Positions 52,961 through 62,900 of a stretch of 63,892 bases of DNA are shown piece after piece; within the stretch, counting starts at the first letter, position 1, and each line of letters starts with the position of its first letter. Where the stretch lies: IMG/VR virus record IMGVR_UViG_3300047552_000880, positions 62,001 to 125,892 of that record. One strand, given 5' to 3'. Source of the DNA: an uncultured virus (IMG/VR IMGVR_UViG_3300047552_000880). Taxonomy: Duplodnaviria; Heunggongvirae; Uroviricota; Caudoviricetes. The position numbers were made by a program, and so were the translations under genes. The notes under the pieces are model-generated. The model did not search any database. It was not told the origin of the DNA and worked only from the letters and a program-made list of their open reading frames with translations.

Positions 52961-55429
52961 ATGACCAATCTCTGTTATACCTTCGTTGGAAGGAAATCCA
53001 ACAAAATACTTTTCCGTGGCTACAAAGACGGAAAACGAATCCAATCCGGCGAAATCGCATACAAACCTTCGCTATACACGCCACTTGAATCTGGCGCTCA
53101 ATCGGATTATCAGACCATCTATGGTGAACCTCTGAAGAAGATCGAGTTTTCTTCTATTCGTGATGCCAACAACTTTATCCGTGACTATAAAGATGTTTTC
53201 CGTATTCATGGCAACACTCAATTTGAATATGATTTTCTTCATTCCAATTTTCCTGATACGATCAATGCATCAATTGAGGATATCAATGTAGTCTCTGTTG
53301 ACATAGAAACGAAGGTCACTGACGGAGAGTTTCCGAATCCAGAATTGGCAAAAGAAGAAATCACTGTCATCACCATCATTGACCGTAAGACAAAGAAAGT
53401 TACCGCCCTCGGCACACTTGCTGCTAGCCACGATGGGTACACTAGGTACGCTACTGAATCTGAAATGCTTTTGGCATTCATTGACCACATTCGTGTCTCT
53501 GACCCAGATATCATTACTGGCTGGAACGTAGATTACTTTGACTTCGCTTATCTCTGTACTCGAATCAATAATGTTCTTGGTGAGTCTGCAATGGAAAGAC
53601 TTTCCCCATTCGGTGAGGTCAGAAAAAAAATTGATGTGATCAATGAACGTGAACAGATGCGGTTTGAGATTGTTGGTCGAACTATCTTGGATATGATGGA
53701 CTTGTATAAGAAGTTTCGTCTTATCACCCGCGCCTCATATAAATTGGATTACATTGCTGAGATTGAATTGGGTGAGAATAAAGTCTCGAACCCATATGGC
53801 TCTTTCCGTGAGTTCTATGAGAAAGACCCTCAATTGTTTCTTCAGTACAACATTCATGATGCAATGCTTGTTGATCGACTGGAAACAAAACTTGGGTTCG
53901 TTTATCTGTCCGTGGTTCTTGCTTACTTGACCAAATGTAATTTTGCTGATGTTTTCTCGCCGGTTAAGATGTGGGAAAACTACATCACTTCTATTCTGAA
54001 GAATGAGAATACATTTGTTGCACGTAAATCCATGAGCAATTCCGGGTTTACTCCAATTGAGGGCGGCTATGTTAAGCAGCCTGTTCCCGGTATATATGAG
54101 TGGTTGGTTTCTCTTGACTTTGGTAGCCTTTACCCAAGTATCATTATGGCGCTCAATATGTCGCCAGAGACATTGATTGATTATGATCCTGAATTTACGG
54201 TTGATGAATTTCTTGCCGGGAAATATGTCGCCGACTCGGATAAATGTCTTGCTGTCAATGGAACGACATATCGAAAAGATAAATTGGGTGTTGTGCCTCG
54301 CCTCACGAAAGTCGTGTTCGATCTTCGTAAGAGCGCCAAGAAAGAAATGCTTTCTAATAAAAGGATGTATGAAGAAACTCACGACATAAAATATAAAGCA
54401 GAAGCTGATCGTTTAAATGTTTTGCAGCAATCTGCAAAAGTTTTGGGCAACGCATTATATGGTTCGCTTTCCAACGAGTATTTTATGTTCTTTGATACTC
54501 GAATCGCGGAAGGTGTTACGAAGACAGGGCAATATCTGATTCGCAAATCAGGTAAAGAATTGTCTGATTATGTCAATAAACTTGTTGGAACAGATAGCGT
54601 TGACTATAATGTTTACTCTGATACCGACTCGTGTTACATTGTCTGTAATTCTCTGGTGGAAAAATACCTTTCCAGTATTACGGATGAACAAAAGATTGTC
54701 GATGCACTAGATAAGATCGTTAAGAATAAACTTCAGGTCTGTGTTGATGCTGCTATTGAAGATGCAGCCAAGACAATGAATGTTTATGAAAATGTTCTGA
54801 CAATCAAACGAGAAGCCATTTCATCATCTGCTGTATGGGTTGCCAAGAAAAGATATGCGCAGCGTGTGCTTGACAATGAAGACGTGCGATATTCTGAGCC
54901 TGAATATAAGGTTACTGGTATTGAAACTAATCGCAGTAGTACGCCTGACTTGGTACGAGGTTGGTTGATGGATGCAATCAAGATCATGCTAGACACCAAT
55001 GATGTTGAACAGGTGAAGTCTTTTGTTGATAAATGTCGCACTGAGTTCACGAAAAAGCGAGTAGAGGAAATATCTTTCCCTCGTGGAGTCAATAATCTCG
55101 CTAAGTGGCAAGGATATCCTAGTGGAACCCCTATTGCGGTTCGTGCTGCTATGCTGCACAATGATATGGTCAAAAAGAAAAATCTTACTGGTAAGGTAAG
55201 AGAGATTTCTGAGGGCGATAAGATCAAGTACACTTATCTGATCGAACCGAATCCATTGAGGGCAAATGTTATTGGTTTTGTTGACGAGTTGCCACAGGAG
55301 TTTGGTCTGCATCGTTATGTGGATTACGACAAGCAGTTCGACAAAGCGTTCTTTGGTCCATTGAAGAACATTACCGACGCGGCGTCTTGGAAATTGGTTG
55401 AGGAAGCTGTGTTAGAAGGATTTTTTTAA
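52961..55429 (+). CDS. gp43: Family B DNA polymerase gp43
   Basis: DIET, TGWN, DFGSLYPS, K...NALYG, YSDTDS and KKRY motifs. Confidence 0.97.
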   Translation: MTNLCYTFVGRKSNKILFRGYKDGKRIQSGEIAYKPSLYTPLESGAQSDYQTIYGEPLKKIEFSSIRDANNFIRDYKDVFRIHGNTQFEYDFLHSNFPDTINASIEDINVVSVDIETKVTDGEFPNPELAKEEITVITIIDRKTKKVTALGTLAASHDGYTRYATESEMLLAFIDHIRVSDPDIITGWNVDYFDFAYLCTRINNVLGESAMERLSPFGEVRKKIDVINEREQMRFEIVGRTILDMMDLYKKFRLITRASYKLDYIAEIELGENKVSNPYGSFREFYEKDPQLFLQYNIHDAMLVDRLETKLGFVYLSVVLAYLTKCNFADVFSPVKMWENYITSILKNENTFVARKSMSNSGFTPIEGGYVKQPVPGIYEWLVSLDFGSLYPSIIMALNMSPETLIDYDPEFTVDEFLAGKYVADSDKCLAVNGTTYRKDKLGVVPRLTKVVFDLRKSAKKEMLSNKRMYEETHDIKYKAEADRLNVLQQSAKVLGNALYGSLSNEYFMFFDTRIAEGVTKTGQYLIRKSGKELSDYVNKLVGTDSVDYNVYSDTDSCYIVCNSLVEKYLSSITDEQKIVDALDKIVKNKLQVCVDAAIEDAAKTMNVYENVLTIKREAISSSAVWVAKKRYAQRVLDNEDVRYSEPEYKVTGIETNRSSTPDLVRGWLMDAIKIMLDTNDVEQVKSFVDKCRTEFTKKRVEEISFPRGVNNLAKWQGYPSGTPIAVRAAMLHNDMVKKKNLTGKVREISEGDKIKYTYLIEPNPLRANVIGFVDELPQEFGLHRYVDYDKQFDKAFFGPLKNITDAASWKLVEEAVLEGFF

Positions 55430-55439
55430 AAGGAAACTT

Positions 55440-56486
55440 ATGAGTAAATTATTGGATAAAATTTTGAAGGCATCATCTGTTAAGAATACATCTATTCTAT
55501 CAGAATCAATTCTTTTCACTGATCGTGATGTAATCACAACAGAGATTCCTATTATCAATGTTGCATATTCTGGTGAGTTGAATGGTGGTATTCCGGCGGG
55601 TGTTAATTTGTGGGCAGGACCATCGAAGTCATATAAAACACTTGGTACATTGATGTGTGTAAAGGCATATCTGAACAAATATGAAGATGGTGTTTGTATT
55701 TTATATGATTCCGAAGGTGGAGTTACTCCTGACTACCTGAAGAACATTGGTATTGACCCGGCTCGTGTTGTACACATCCCAATTGAACATATCGAAATGC
55801 TGAAGTTTGATATGGTCAAACAGCTTAAAGAATTAGACCGCGACGACAAAGTTATCATGGTCATTGATTCCATTGGTAACACAGCATCGCTCAAGGAATT
55901 GGAAGACGCACAGAACGAAAAGACTGTTGCTGATATGCAACGAGCAAAGAGCATCAAAGCTCTGTTTCGTATGATCACCCCTTCTCTGGTCGCAAAAGAT
56001 ATTCCTTGTATGGTGGTGGCTCATACTTATGCTGAAATGACCTTGTATCCTCGACAGATCATTTCTGGTGGAACCGGATTGATCTATAGTGCTAACTCGG
56101 CTTTCATTCTGTCTAAGTCACAGGAAAAGGACGGTGATGAAATCGTTGGCTGGAATTTCACCATTAACATCGAGAAATCAAGATTCGTCAAAGAGAAATC
56201 TAAACTTATCTTCACAGTGAAGTATGATGGTGGTATTGATAAGTATTCAGGTATTCTTGATCTTGCAATGGAATTTGGTTTTGTGGTTAAACCGAAAAAT
56301 GGTTGGTATCAGTTAGTTGATATGGATACCGGAGAGATGGTTGGTAAGATGTATCGCGCCGCCGAAACGGGGTGCGATGAATTCTTGGGTAAAGTGCTCA
56401 CACACCCCAAATTCGCACAGGAAGTGAAGAAGAAATATTCTCTTGCTGCACCAAAACCTGTTACAATCGAAGATTCAGACGAATAA
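55440..56486 (+). CDS. uvsX: RecA-like recombinase UvsX
   Basis: AGPSKSYKT, YDSE, IDSIGN, ADMQRAK and IEKSRFVKEKS motifs. Confidence 0.95.
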   Translation: MSKLLDKILKASSVKNTSILSESILFTDRDVITTEIPIINVAYSGELNGGIPAGVNLWAGPSKSYKTLGTLMCVKAYLNKYEDGVCILYDSEGGVTPDYLKNIGIDPARVVHIPIEHIEMLKFDMVKQLKELDRDDKVIMVIDSIGNTASLKELEDAQNEKTVADMQRAKSIKALFRMITPSLVAKDIPCMVVAHTYAEMTLYPRQIISGGTGLIYSANSAFILSKSQEKDGDEIVGWNFTINIEKSRFVKEKSKLIFTVKYDGGIDKYSGILDLAMEFGFVVKPKNGWYQLVDMDTGEMVGKMYRAAETGCDEFLGKVLTHPKFAQEVKKKYSLAAPKPVTIEDSDE

Positions 56487-56526
56487 ACAAACTAGATCGC
56501 TAAAACGCGACAACAACTAAAACACG

Positions 56527-57918
56527 ATGCGAACAGAATCCCTTATCTTCAGTCAACTACTCAGCAATGAAACCTATACCAGAAAAGTTACACCGCATCT
56601 GAAAGAAGACTACTTCCAGACACAGGAAGATAAGGTTTTCTATAAAATCTTTCATCGTTTCTTTACGAAACACAATGCCATTCCTAGTAAACAGGCGATG
56701 GCAGTTGAGATAGACAATCTTCGTAGCAACGCTGATCTTCATAAAAGTATTTTAAACGTACTGAATGAAACCAGTGAATTCACGGAGTCAATGGAATATC
56801 TCGTTGATACAACAGAAAAGTATTGCAAAGAACGGGCGCTCTTTAATGCACTAAAAGAATCTGTGATGATCGTTGATGGTCAGAGTAAAATGACACCAGA
56901 AGCGATACCAACAATTCTTCAACAGGCTCTCTCGGTTTGCTTTAATACAGAAATCGGTCACGATTACATTGATGATGCTGAGTCTCGGTATGATTATTAT
57001 CATTCATCTGAATTTAGAATCCCGATGGGGTTGAAAACTTTTGATGATGCGACTAAGGGTGGTATACCAAGAAAGACGCTGAATGTATTGCTGGCTCCGC
57101 CTCATGGTGGTAAGTCTCTTGTTATGGTAAACATGGCAGCAGGTGCATTGGCAGCAGGATTCAATGTTCTGTATATCACGATGGAAATGGCAGAAGAAGA
57201 AATCGGCAAGCGGTTCGATGTGAATCGTTTTAATGTTGATTTTGATACCCTCGAAACTTTACCAAAACAATTGTTCATGAACAAGATCACGGGTATCATG
57301 AATTCTAGTCAAGGTAAGTTGAAGATTCAAGAATACCCAACTGGCGGGGCGCATGCAGGACATTTTAAAAGTCTTATTCAGGAATTAAAACAGAAACAAA
57401 ACTGGACACCTGATCTGATTGTTGTTGATTACATGGGTATCTGTTCAAGTGAGCGTTATAAGGCTTCCTCTGGCGCAAATTCTTATACAATCATGAAATC
57501 TGTTGGAGAAGAATTAAGGTCACTTGCAATTGAAACCAATACAGCGATCATTACTGCGGTACAAACAAATCGTAGCGGTGTTGGTAACAGTGATGTTGAT
57601 ATGACTTCAACAAGTGAATCTTTGGGTATCCCTGCGATTGCTGACTTGTTTTGGGCTATCATCAATACAGATGAATTGAAAGACCTTCGACAACTCATGT
57701 TTAAGCAGTTGAAGAATCGATATAAAAGTCTCGATGATCCAGAAAGATTTGTGGTTGGTGTGGATACATCAAGAATGAAGTTACATGATCTTGAAAACGC
57801 TGTTGCACAAAAGCCAGCAAAGAAAGGTTCTAAATTAAATACTAACGAAAATCTTAATGTGGATATGTTACACACAATTCCACAATCAAAGGCATCGTTT
57901 GACGAATTTAATTTTTAA
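56527..57918 (+). CDS. gp41: Replicative helicase gp41
   Basis: APPHGGKS, YITMEMAEE, EYPT, VVDY, QTNRSG, SESLG and KQLKNRY motifs. Confidence 0.96.
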   Translation: MRTESLIFSQLLSNETYTRKVTPHLKEDYFQTQEDKVFYKIFHRFFTKHNAIPSKQAMAVEIDNLRSNADLHKSILNVLNETSEFTESMEYLVDTTEKYCKERALFNALKESVMIVDGQSKMTPEAIPTILQQALSVCFNTEIGHDYIDDAESRYDYYHSSEFRIPMGLKTFDDATKGGIPRKTLNVLLAPPHGGKSLVMVNMAAGALAAGFNVLYITMEMAEEEIGKRFDVNRFNVDFDTLETLPKQLFMNKITGIMNSSQGKLKIQEYPTGGAHAGHFKSLIQELKQKQNWTPDLIVVDYMGICSSERYKASSGANSYTIMKSVGEELRSLAIETNTAIITAVQTNRSGVGNSDVDMTSTSESLGIPAIADLFWAIINTDELKDLRQLMFKQLKNRYKSLDDPERFVVGVDTSRMKLHDLENAVAQKPAKKGSKLNTNENLNVDMLHTIPQSKASFDEFNF

Positions 57919-57920
57919 TC

Positions 57921-58340
57921 ATGCAAATTGCATTTTATAAAGCCAATCGTGGGAATCTTCTGGATAAGCTGATTGGCGTCTTCACGTTTGGAAAATATTC
58001 TCACTGTGAATTGATACTTGACGATGGTCTATGGGCAACCAGTTCTCCGCGTGACGGTGGCGTAGTGATGCGGTATTTAGAACCATCTGATAAATGGGAC
58101 ATATTTGATCTATATGTACCTTATGATGTTAATACCGATCTGGTTAAAAAGTGGTTTGATGCGAATGATGGCGATGCGTATGATTATCTTGGTGCATTTG
58201 GGAGTGCATTTGGTCTTGATCTAGTTTCTACTCAGAAAAAATATTGTAGTCAGACATGCGCAATTATTCTTGGAATAGATTCGACCATATCGCCGTCATC
58301 ACTTTACAGAAAACTTAAAAAGATCGGATATATCAGGTGA
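57921..58340 (+). CDS. Permuted papain-like (NlpC/P60, YiiX-type) protein
   Basis: YSHCEL...YDYLG...YCS order, with His before Cys. Confidence 0.65.
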   Translation: MQIAFYKANRGNLLDKLIGVFTFGKYSHCELILDDGLWATSSPRDGGVVMRYLEPSDKWDIFDLYVPYDVNTDLVKKWFDANDGDAYDYLGAFGSAFGLDLVSTQKKYCSQTCAIILGIDSTISPSSLYRKLKKIGYIR

Positions 58341-59149
58341 CTGGATTAAACGACTTCGCTGAACTGATTCGCAAGGCGAACGAAGAAAAAAGACTCAGAG
58401 AAGCGGCTGAGATAGAAAGAAAGAAGACAGAGGTTGCTCCACTTCTGTCAGAACTTTTCGGTGCAGTTGCGAAAGCAAAGGAAGAAAAACAAGAGATTGC
58501 TCTGACAGAGGCTCCTTTATTGGATGAACTCCGAACTGCTCTTGCTGATCCAGAGTCGATTAAGCTAAAGAAGGAAGAAACTAAACAGCAGATTGTTGCG
58601 CTGGTTCAGCAAGTCGAAGAAAAGGCTAACTCAATTTCAGAGATTGATATTGACAAAAAGCTGTCTGAACTCGATGAAAAGTTTCTTTCTCTGTATAAGA
58701 AGCTATCCAATGAGTTTGAAGTGCTCAAGAAGGTGCTTAATAGCGTTTCTAAGCCGACTTCTACAACCCCGATGTGGGGTAGTACCTCTGGTAGCGGAGA
58801 AGTCCGTATAACGCGAATGGATGACTTTCAGAACGAGAATCTTGTTAATGGCGCTGCATTGGTGTGGGACTCGGTTCTCAAGAAATTTAAACCTGTTGTG
58901 TTAAATACGACAGGACAAACACAACAAATTACAGACGAAGAAATGCCATTCTCGAAACGAGTAGACTTTATTACTGATGACGTTCTTTATCGCGGAGAGG
59001 CAGTTGTTGGTGCATCGGAATCTGCGCCTTTGTGGAGAATACGACAGATCACCATTGGTGCCGACAATGACGTAACAGAACTGTGGGCATCTGGTAGTTC
59101 TGACTACAATAAAGTGTGGGCAAATCGAGCGAATTATACTTACTCATAA
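58337..59149 (+). CDS. Hypothetical virion-associated protein
   Basis: Coiled coil, GSGEV linker and C-terminal YRGEA...WRIRQI...WANR domain. Confidence 0.6.
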   Translation: MTGLNDFAELIRKANEEKRLREAAEIERKKTEVAPLLSELFGAVAKAKEEKQEIALTEAPLLDELRTALADPESIKLKKEETKQQIVALVQQVEEKANSISEIDIDKKLSELDEKFLSLYKKLSNEFEVLKKVLNSVSKPTSTTPMWGSTSGSGEVRITRMDDFQNENLVNGAALVWDSVLKKFKPVVLNTTGQTQQITDEEMPFSKRVDFITDDVLYRGEAVVGASESAPLWRIRQITIGADNDVTELWASGSSDYNKVWANRANYTYS

Positions 59150-59150
59150 A

Positions 59151-59441
59151 ATGATCAAATTAGATTCAAACGTCATCATTTTTCACAAGAAGGGTATTCT
59201 TTTTGAGAAATGGGAATTGACACCACAAACTTGCATAGAACTGGAGTCTCTGTTTAAGCAAATGAACAGTCGCAAAAGACCTGCCGGAGAATATACAATT
59301 TTCAACGGTGAAACAAAAATCATCTTTAACTCGATCACAAAGGCAGTTAATGTCTATATCTCGGGTCAACCAACTATTATGTTGAACAAAGCAGACACAG
59401 CAACTATTCGACGCCTCATGAAAGAAATTAAAAATGTCTAA
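59151..59441 (+). CDS. Hypothetical protein
   Basis: 96 aa ORF in the operon. Confidence 0.55.
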   Translation: MIKLDSNVIIFHKKGILFEKWELTPQTCIELESLFKQMNSRKRPAGEYTIFNGETKIIFNSITKAVNVYISGQPTIMLNKADTATIRRLMKEIKNV

Positions 59442-59973
59442 TCTTACTTACTACGCTCTGTTTGAAAATGGTTCTCCTGTTTCGTTGACAGTCATTGTTG
59501 CGGGTCAAGCTGCTCCCATTGGTTATACCGAAATTTCATATGCTGATTACGAGAATTATCAAAATGACATGGGCAATCTTGATGCCCTTCGTCTTTCTTG
59601 TCTAGATCAGATTGATGCGCATGCAGGCGATGTTCGTATGGATTTCATAACCTCGGTTCCGGGACAAGAGTCTACCTATCTGATGAAGGCACAGGAAGCA
59701 CGAGAAGTTAAGGCAGCGGGTTATGTTGCTGATATGCTGCTATATCCGTTGATTGCAGCAGAGATTGCGGCGCAGAATAACGCTTCTATTCAAGCGGTTG
59801 TTGATGACATTTTGACTACCGAGAATCAATGGCGTCAACTTGCGGCGATCATTGAAAAGGAACGCAGGTTGGGTAAAATTGCAGTTAAAACATCTACCAC
59901 AACGGTTGACATTCTTTTAGCAAAAAATGCTGCTCTTGGTGCATTGGAATCTATTCGCGCTACTTACAAATAA
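59434..59973 (+). CDS. Tail-fibre assembly/chaperone-like protein
   Basis: IDAHAGDVR...PGQESTYLMKAQEA...YPLIAAE...IEKERRLGK motif; directly upstream of a large tail-type gene. Confidence 0.55.
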   Translation: MSNLTYYALFENGSPVSLTVIVAGQAAPIGYTEISYADYENYQNDMGNLDALRLSCLDQIDAHAGDVRMDFITSVPGQESTYLMKAQEAREVKAAGYVADMLLYPLIAAEIAAQNNASIQAVVDDILTTENQWRQLAAIIEKERRLGKIAVKTSTTTVDILLAKNAALGALESIRATYK

Positions 59974-59982
59974 GGCAATTAA

Positions 59983-62900
59983 ATGGCAGCAATTACCGTT
60001 GACTCAAATGCTAACTACGATCTTTGCTCTGGTCAAACGACTGGCGCAACGATGGATACTATTACAGTTAACAACGGTCAATTGTTGGTTAACACTGATA
60101 CCAAATTTTGTGCTGGTCATACTACAACAGCCACAGCTTCTAATGGTTCGCTTGATAACGTCACCGTTGCGGCAACCGCAATTGGCGGAGAACTGAAACT
60201 TGACGGAACAAACGTCAAGATTATTCCCTATAATGGAGGATCAGGAACTGCTCCGACACAGATAGCTACTGCACTTGTTCCTACTGCCGCAACATGGTCA
60301 GCGGGTCTGGTGACATTAACATTCGCGGCAGCACATGGTTATCTTGCGGGTGATAGAATCGGTGTCGGTTCGATTAAAGGGCTTGATGAACTGAACGGTT
60401 ACTGTGGTGTTTTCACGATCAACACAGTACCAACAACGACCACGCTTACCTATGCCGTTGCCGAGAACCCCGGCACATCAACAATTACTAACGGTAAGGT
60501 CATCAAGTATTTTACATGTAGTCAGGTACACACATATAACGTAACTGCTGCATCTTGGTCAACTAACACCATAACCTTTACTACAACCGATACTACCTAC
60601 CTCGCTGTTGGCAATAGTGTTGTGATTGCTGGTGCTGCACCTACCGGTTATAACGGTACTTATACGATTACTTCAGTTCCTACTTCGACCACATTTACTG
60701 TTGCTCAGGTAACGAATCCGGGTCCATGGACTTCTGGTGGAACAATTACTAAAACAGTTGTTGGAACTTATCTCGGCGCATGGAGTTCGTTTACCGCTGG
60801 TCCAACAACAGCGACTATTGGTGCATCCGGGTATATCAAAGTCAAGGATGTTGTCAACGGTCCATATAAACCCGGCGCATTGACTATTCAGGGCGGAACA
60901 ACGCCCGTTGCAAAAGCGATCACCAAAGAAACCACTGGATGGATTGAGGTTGTTGGGGCAGAACTCTCAACGACCCCTGCTACATATAGTATCCCTCGAT
61001 TGGGTAAATTTACGGTTACAGGTGAATGGTTCTATCCATTATCATTGCCATTTACTCTGACCACTGGCACAGCATGGGCAGCTAACGTCACCACATACAC
61101 CACGACCGCTGCTCATGGTCTTGCTGTTGGGTCAACTGTACAGATTGATGGCGCAACACCAACAGGTTATAATGGTACTTATACCATTGTCAGCGTACCT
61201 ACTACGACCACATTTACTGTTGCTCAGACTGTCAACCCCGGTACATGGACTTCTGGTGGTGCTGGTTATGCACAGATGAAAACTAACGGTGTTGCTCAAC
61301 AGACAATTCAGCTTCCTGCCTCGGGCGGTACAACTGTTGGTACAACCCCATATGCAGGGGTTTGGGTGGAAACTTCTCCGGGGTCAGGTACTTACGAATT
61401 CTATGCCAATGCCTCGAACATGACTGCAACGGCATCACTTTTCGCAACAGATCAATATAGAGGAAAAGTGTGCTACATGGGTGCTGCTGGTCTGTTGAGA
61501 TTCGGTGGCGACGGTACTAACGCATGGGGATATTTGCCTCCTGCCGGTTGTGCAATTCGTTTTGGTAATGTCATTACTGTGCATGCAACAAAAGTTGTTA
61601 CTAACGGAGTATCAACACAAACTGTTCCGAACGCAACACTGACTAATAGACCAAAATTCGTCACAACATCGGCTGGTGTTGTGAATATCGATAAATGGAT
61701 GACTGCATGGTATCCGATATTTCAACAGGCTTTCTCGGTCAACATTACCAACACTGGTATTTGTGACAACTTGACGATATCAGAGTGTGCGTCACCTTTT
61801 GTTCTTAATAACATCGGAACAGGTATATCGGTTATCGCGTCTTCTGCGCAATCGACTGTTCTGAACATATCCGTTTGTTTTGCTGGCGGAACAATCAGTA
61901 ACTGTTACTGGAATAAGTTTCATAACGGAACGTCTGGGCAATATAATCAGATTTTATCTGATATTCAGAACCTAACTGTCACAAATGATTTCGGACGTGT
62001 GATGACAATTACAACTGGCGGTGGCGGTACAGCAAGGAACGCCACCTCTGGTGTAATTTCTCTGACTCGCGTTGCCAATTCTACATGGAATAATTCTACC
62101 TTCATTGGCGGTAGATGTATCACGTTTACTTGTTCTAATCTGACATTCACGAATACTCATTACGCAGACTCAACTGCCGTTGCAACGACTACCACAACTG
62201 GTATGTATGCATACTCAGTTGAATCTAACTCATCCAACATCAAAATTGATGGGATTGATTTTAATGGATTGTTGAACGTACATCCATATGCCGGATTAGT
62301 TGCTGTTCTGAGTGCGTCATATAATGTTAAAATACGAAATATCGGATCAGTTCTGGCTCCACTTAACTTAGGATCAGCTAACGCATCCGGTGTCGTTATA
62401 TCGGGTGCAGCGGGTGGTTCTTGCACCAATATTGAAGTGAAGCGAGTTTATTGTACTAACGCGAGAACAGGTGTTATTGCATCGGCAGATAACAGTTATT
62501 CGGGTGTTGTACTTGAAAACGTGTGGGCAGGCGCTGCCTTAGCGAACACAAACATCACATTGAATACCTACTTCAAGAATATCGGCGGAACAAACTCGAC
62601 TACCGGACAGACTTCTGTTTATGGTCACACTTGGCAGGATTTCTTTACTCCTGTTGGTGCAACATTGACCACAGGAACTGCATGGTCAGCAGGAACCACT
62701 ACATATACCACGACAGCGGCTCATGGTTTGCTGGCAGGGGATACTGTTACTATATCAGGAGTTGTTGCAACACCGTTTAATGTCTCTGGCGGGTTTAATG
62801 GCACATATACAGTTGCCACAGTTCCTACCTCAACGACATTCACGGTTGCAATGGCATCGACTCCCGGTACATGGACTTCTGGTGGAACTACCAATCCGTT

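Noticed and set aside
52961..57918. Inteins or introns in gp43, uvsX or gp41
   Set aside because: Lengths and motif spacing are normal, with no insertion seen.
60280..62886. Diversity-generating retroelement TR/VR pair
   Set aside because: The repeats are in-frame protein modules whose differences are not confined to adenines, and no reverse transcriptase is in the window.
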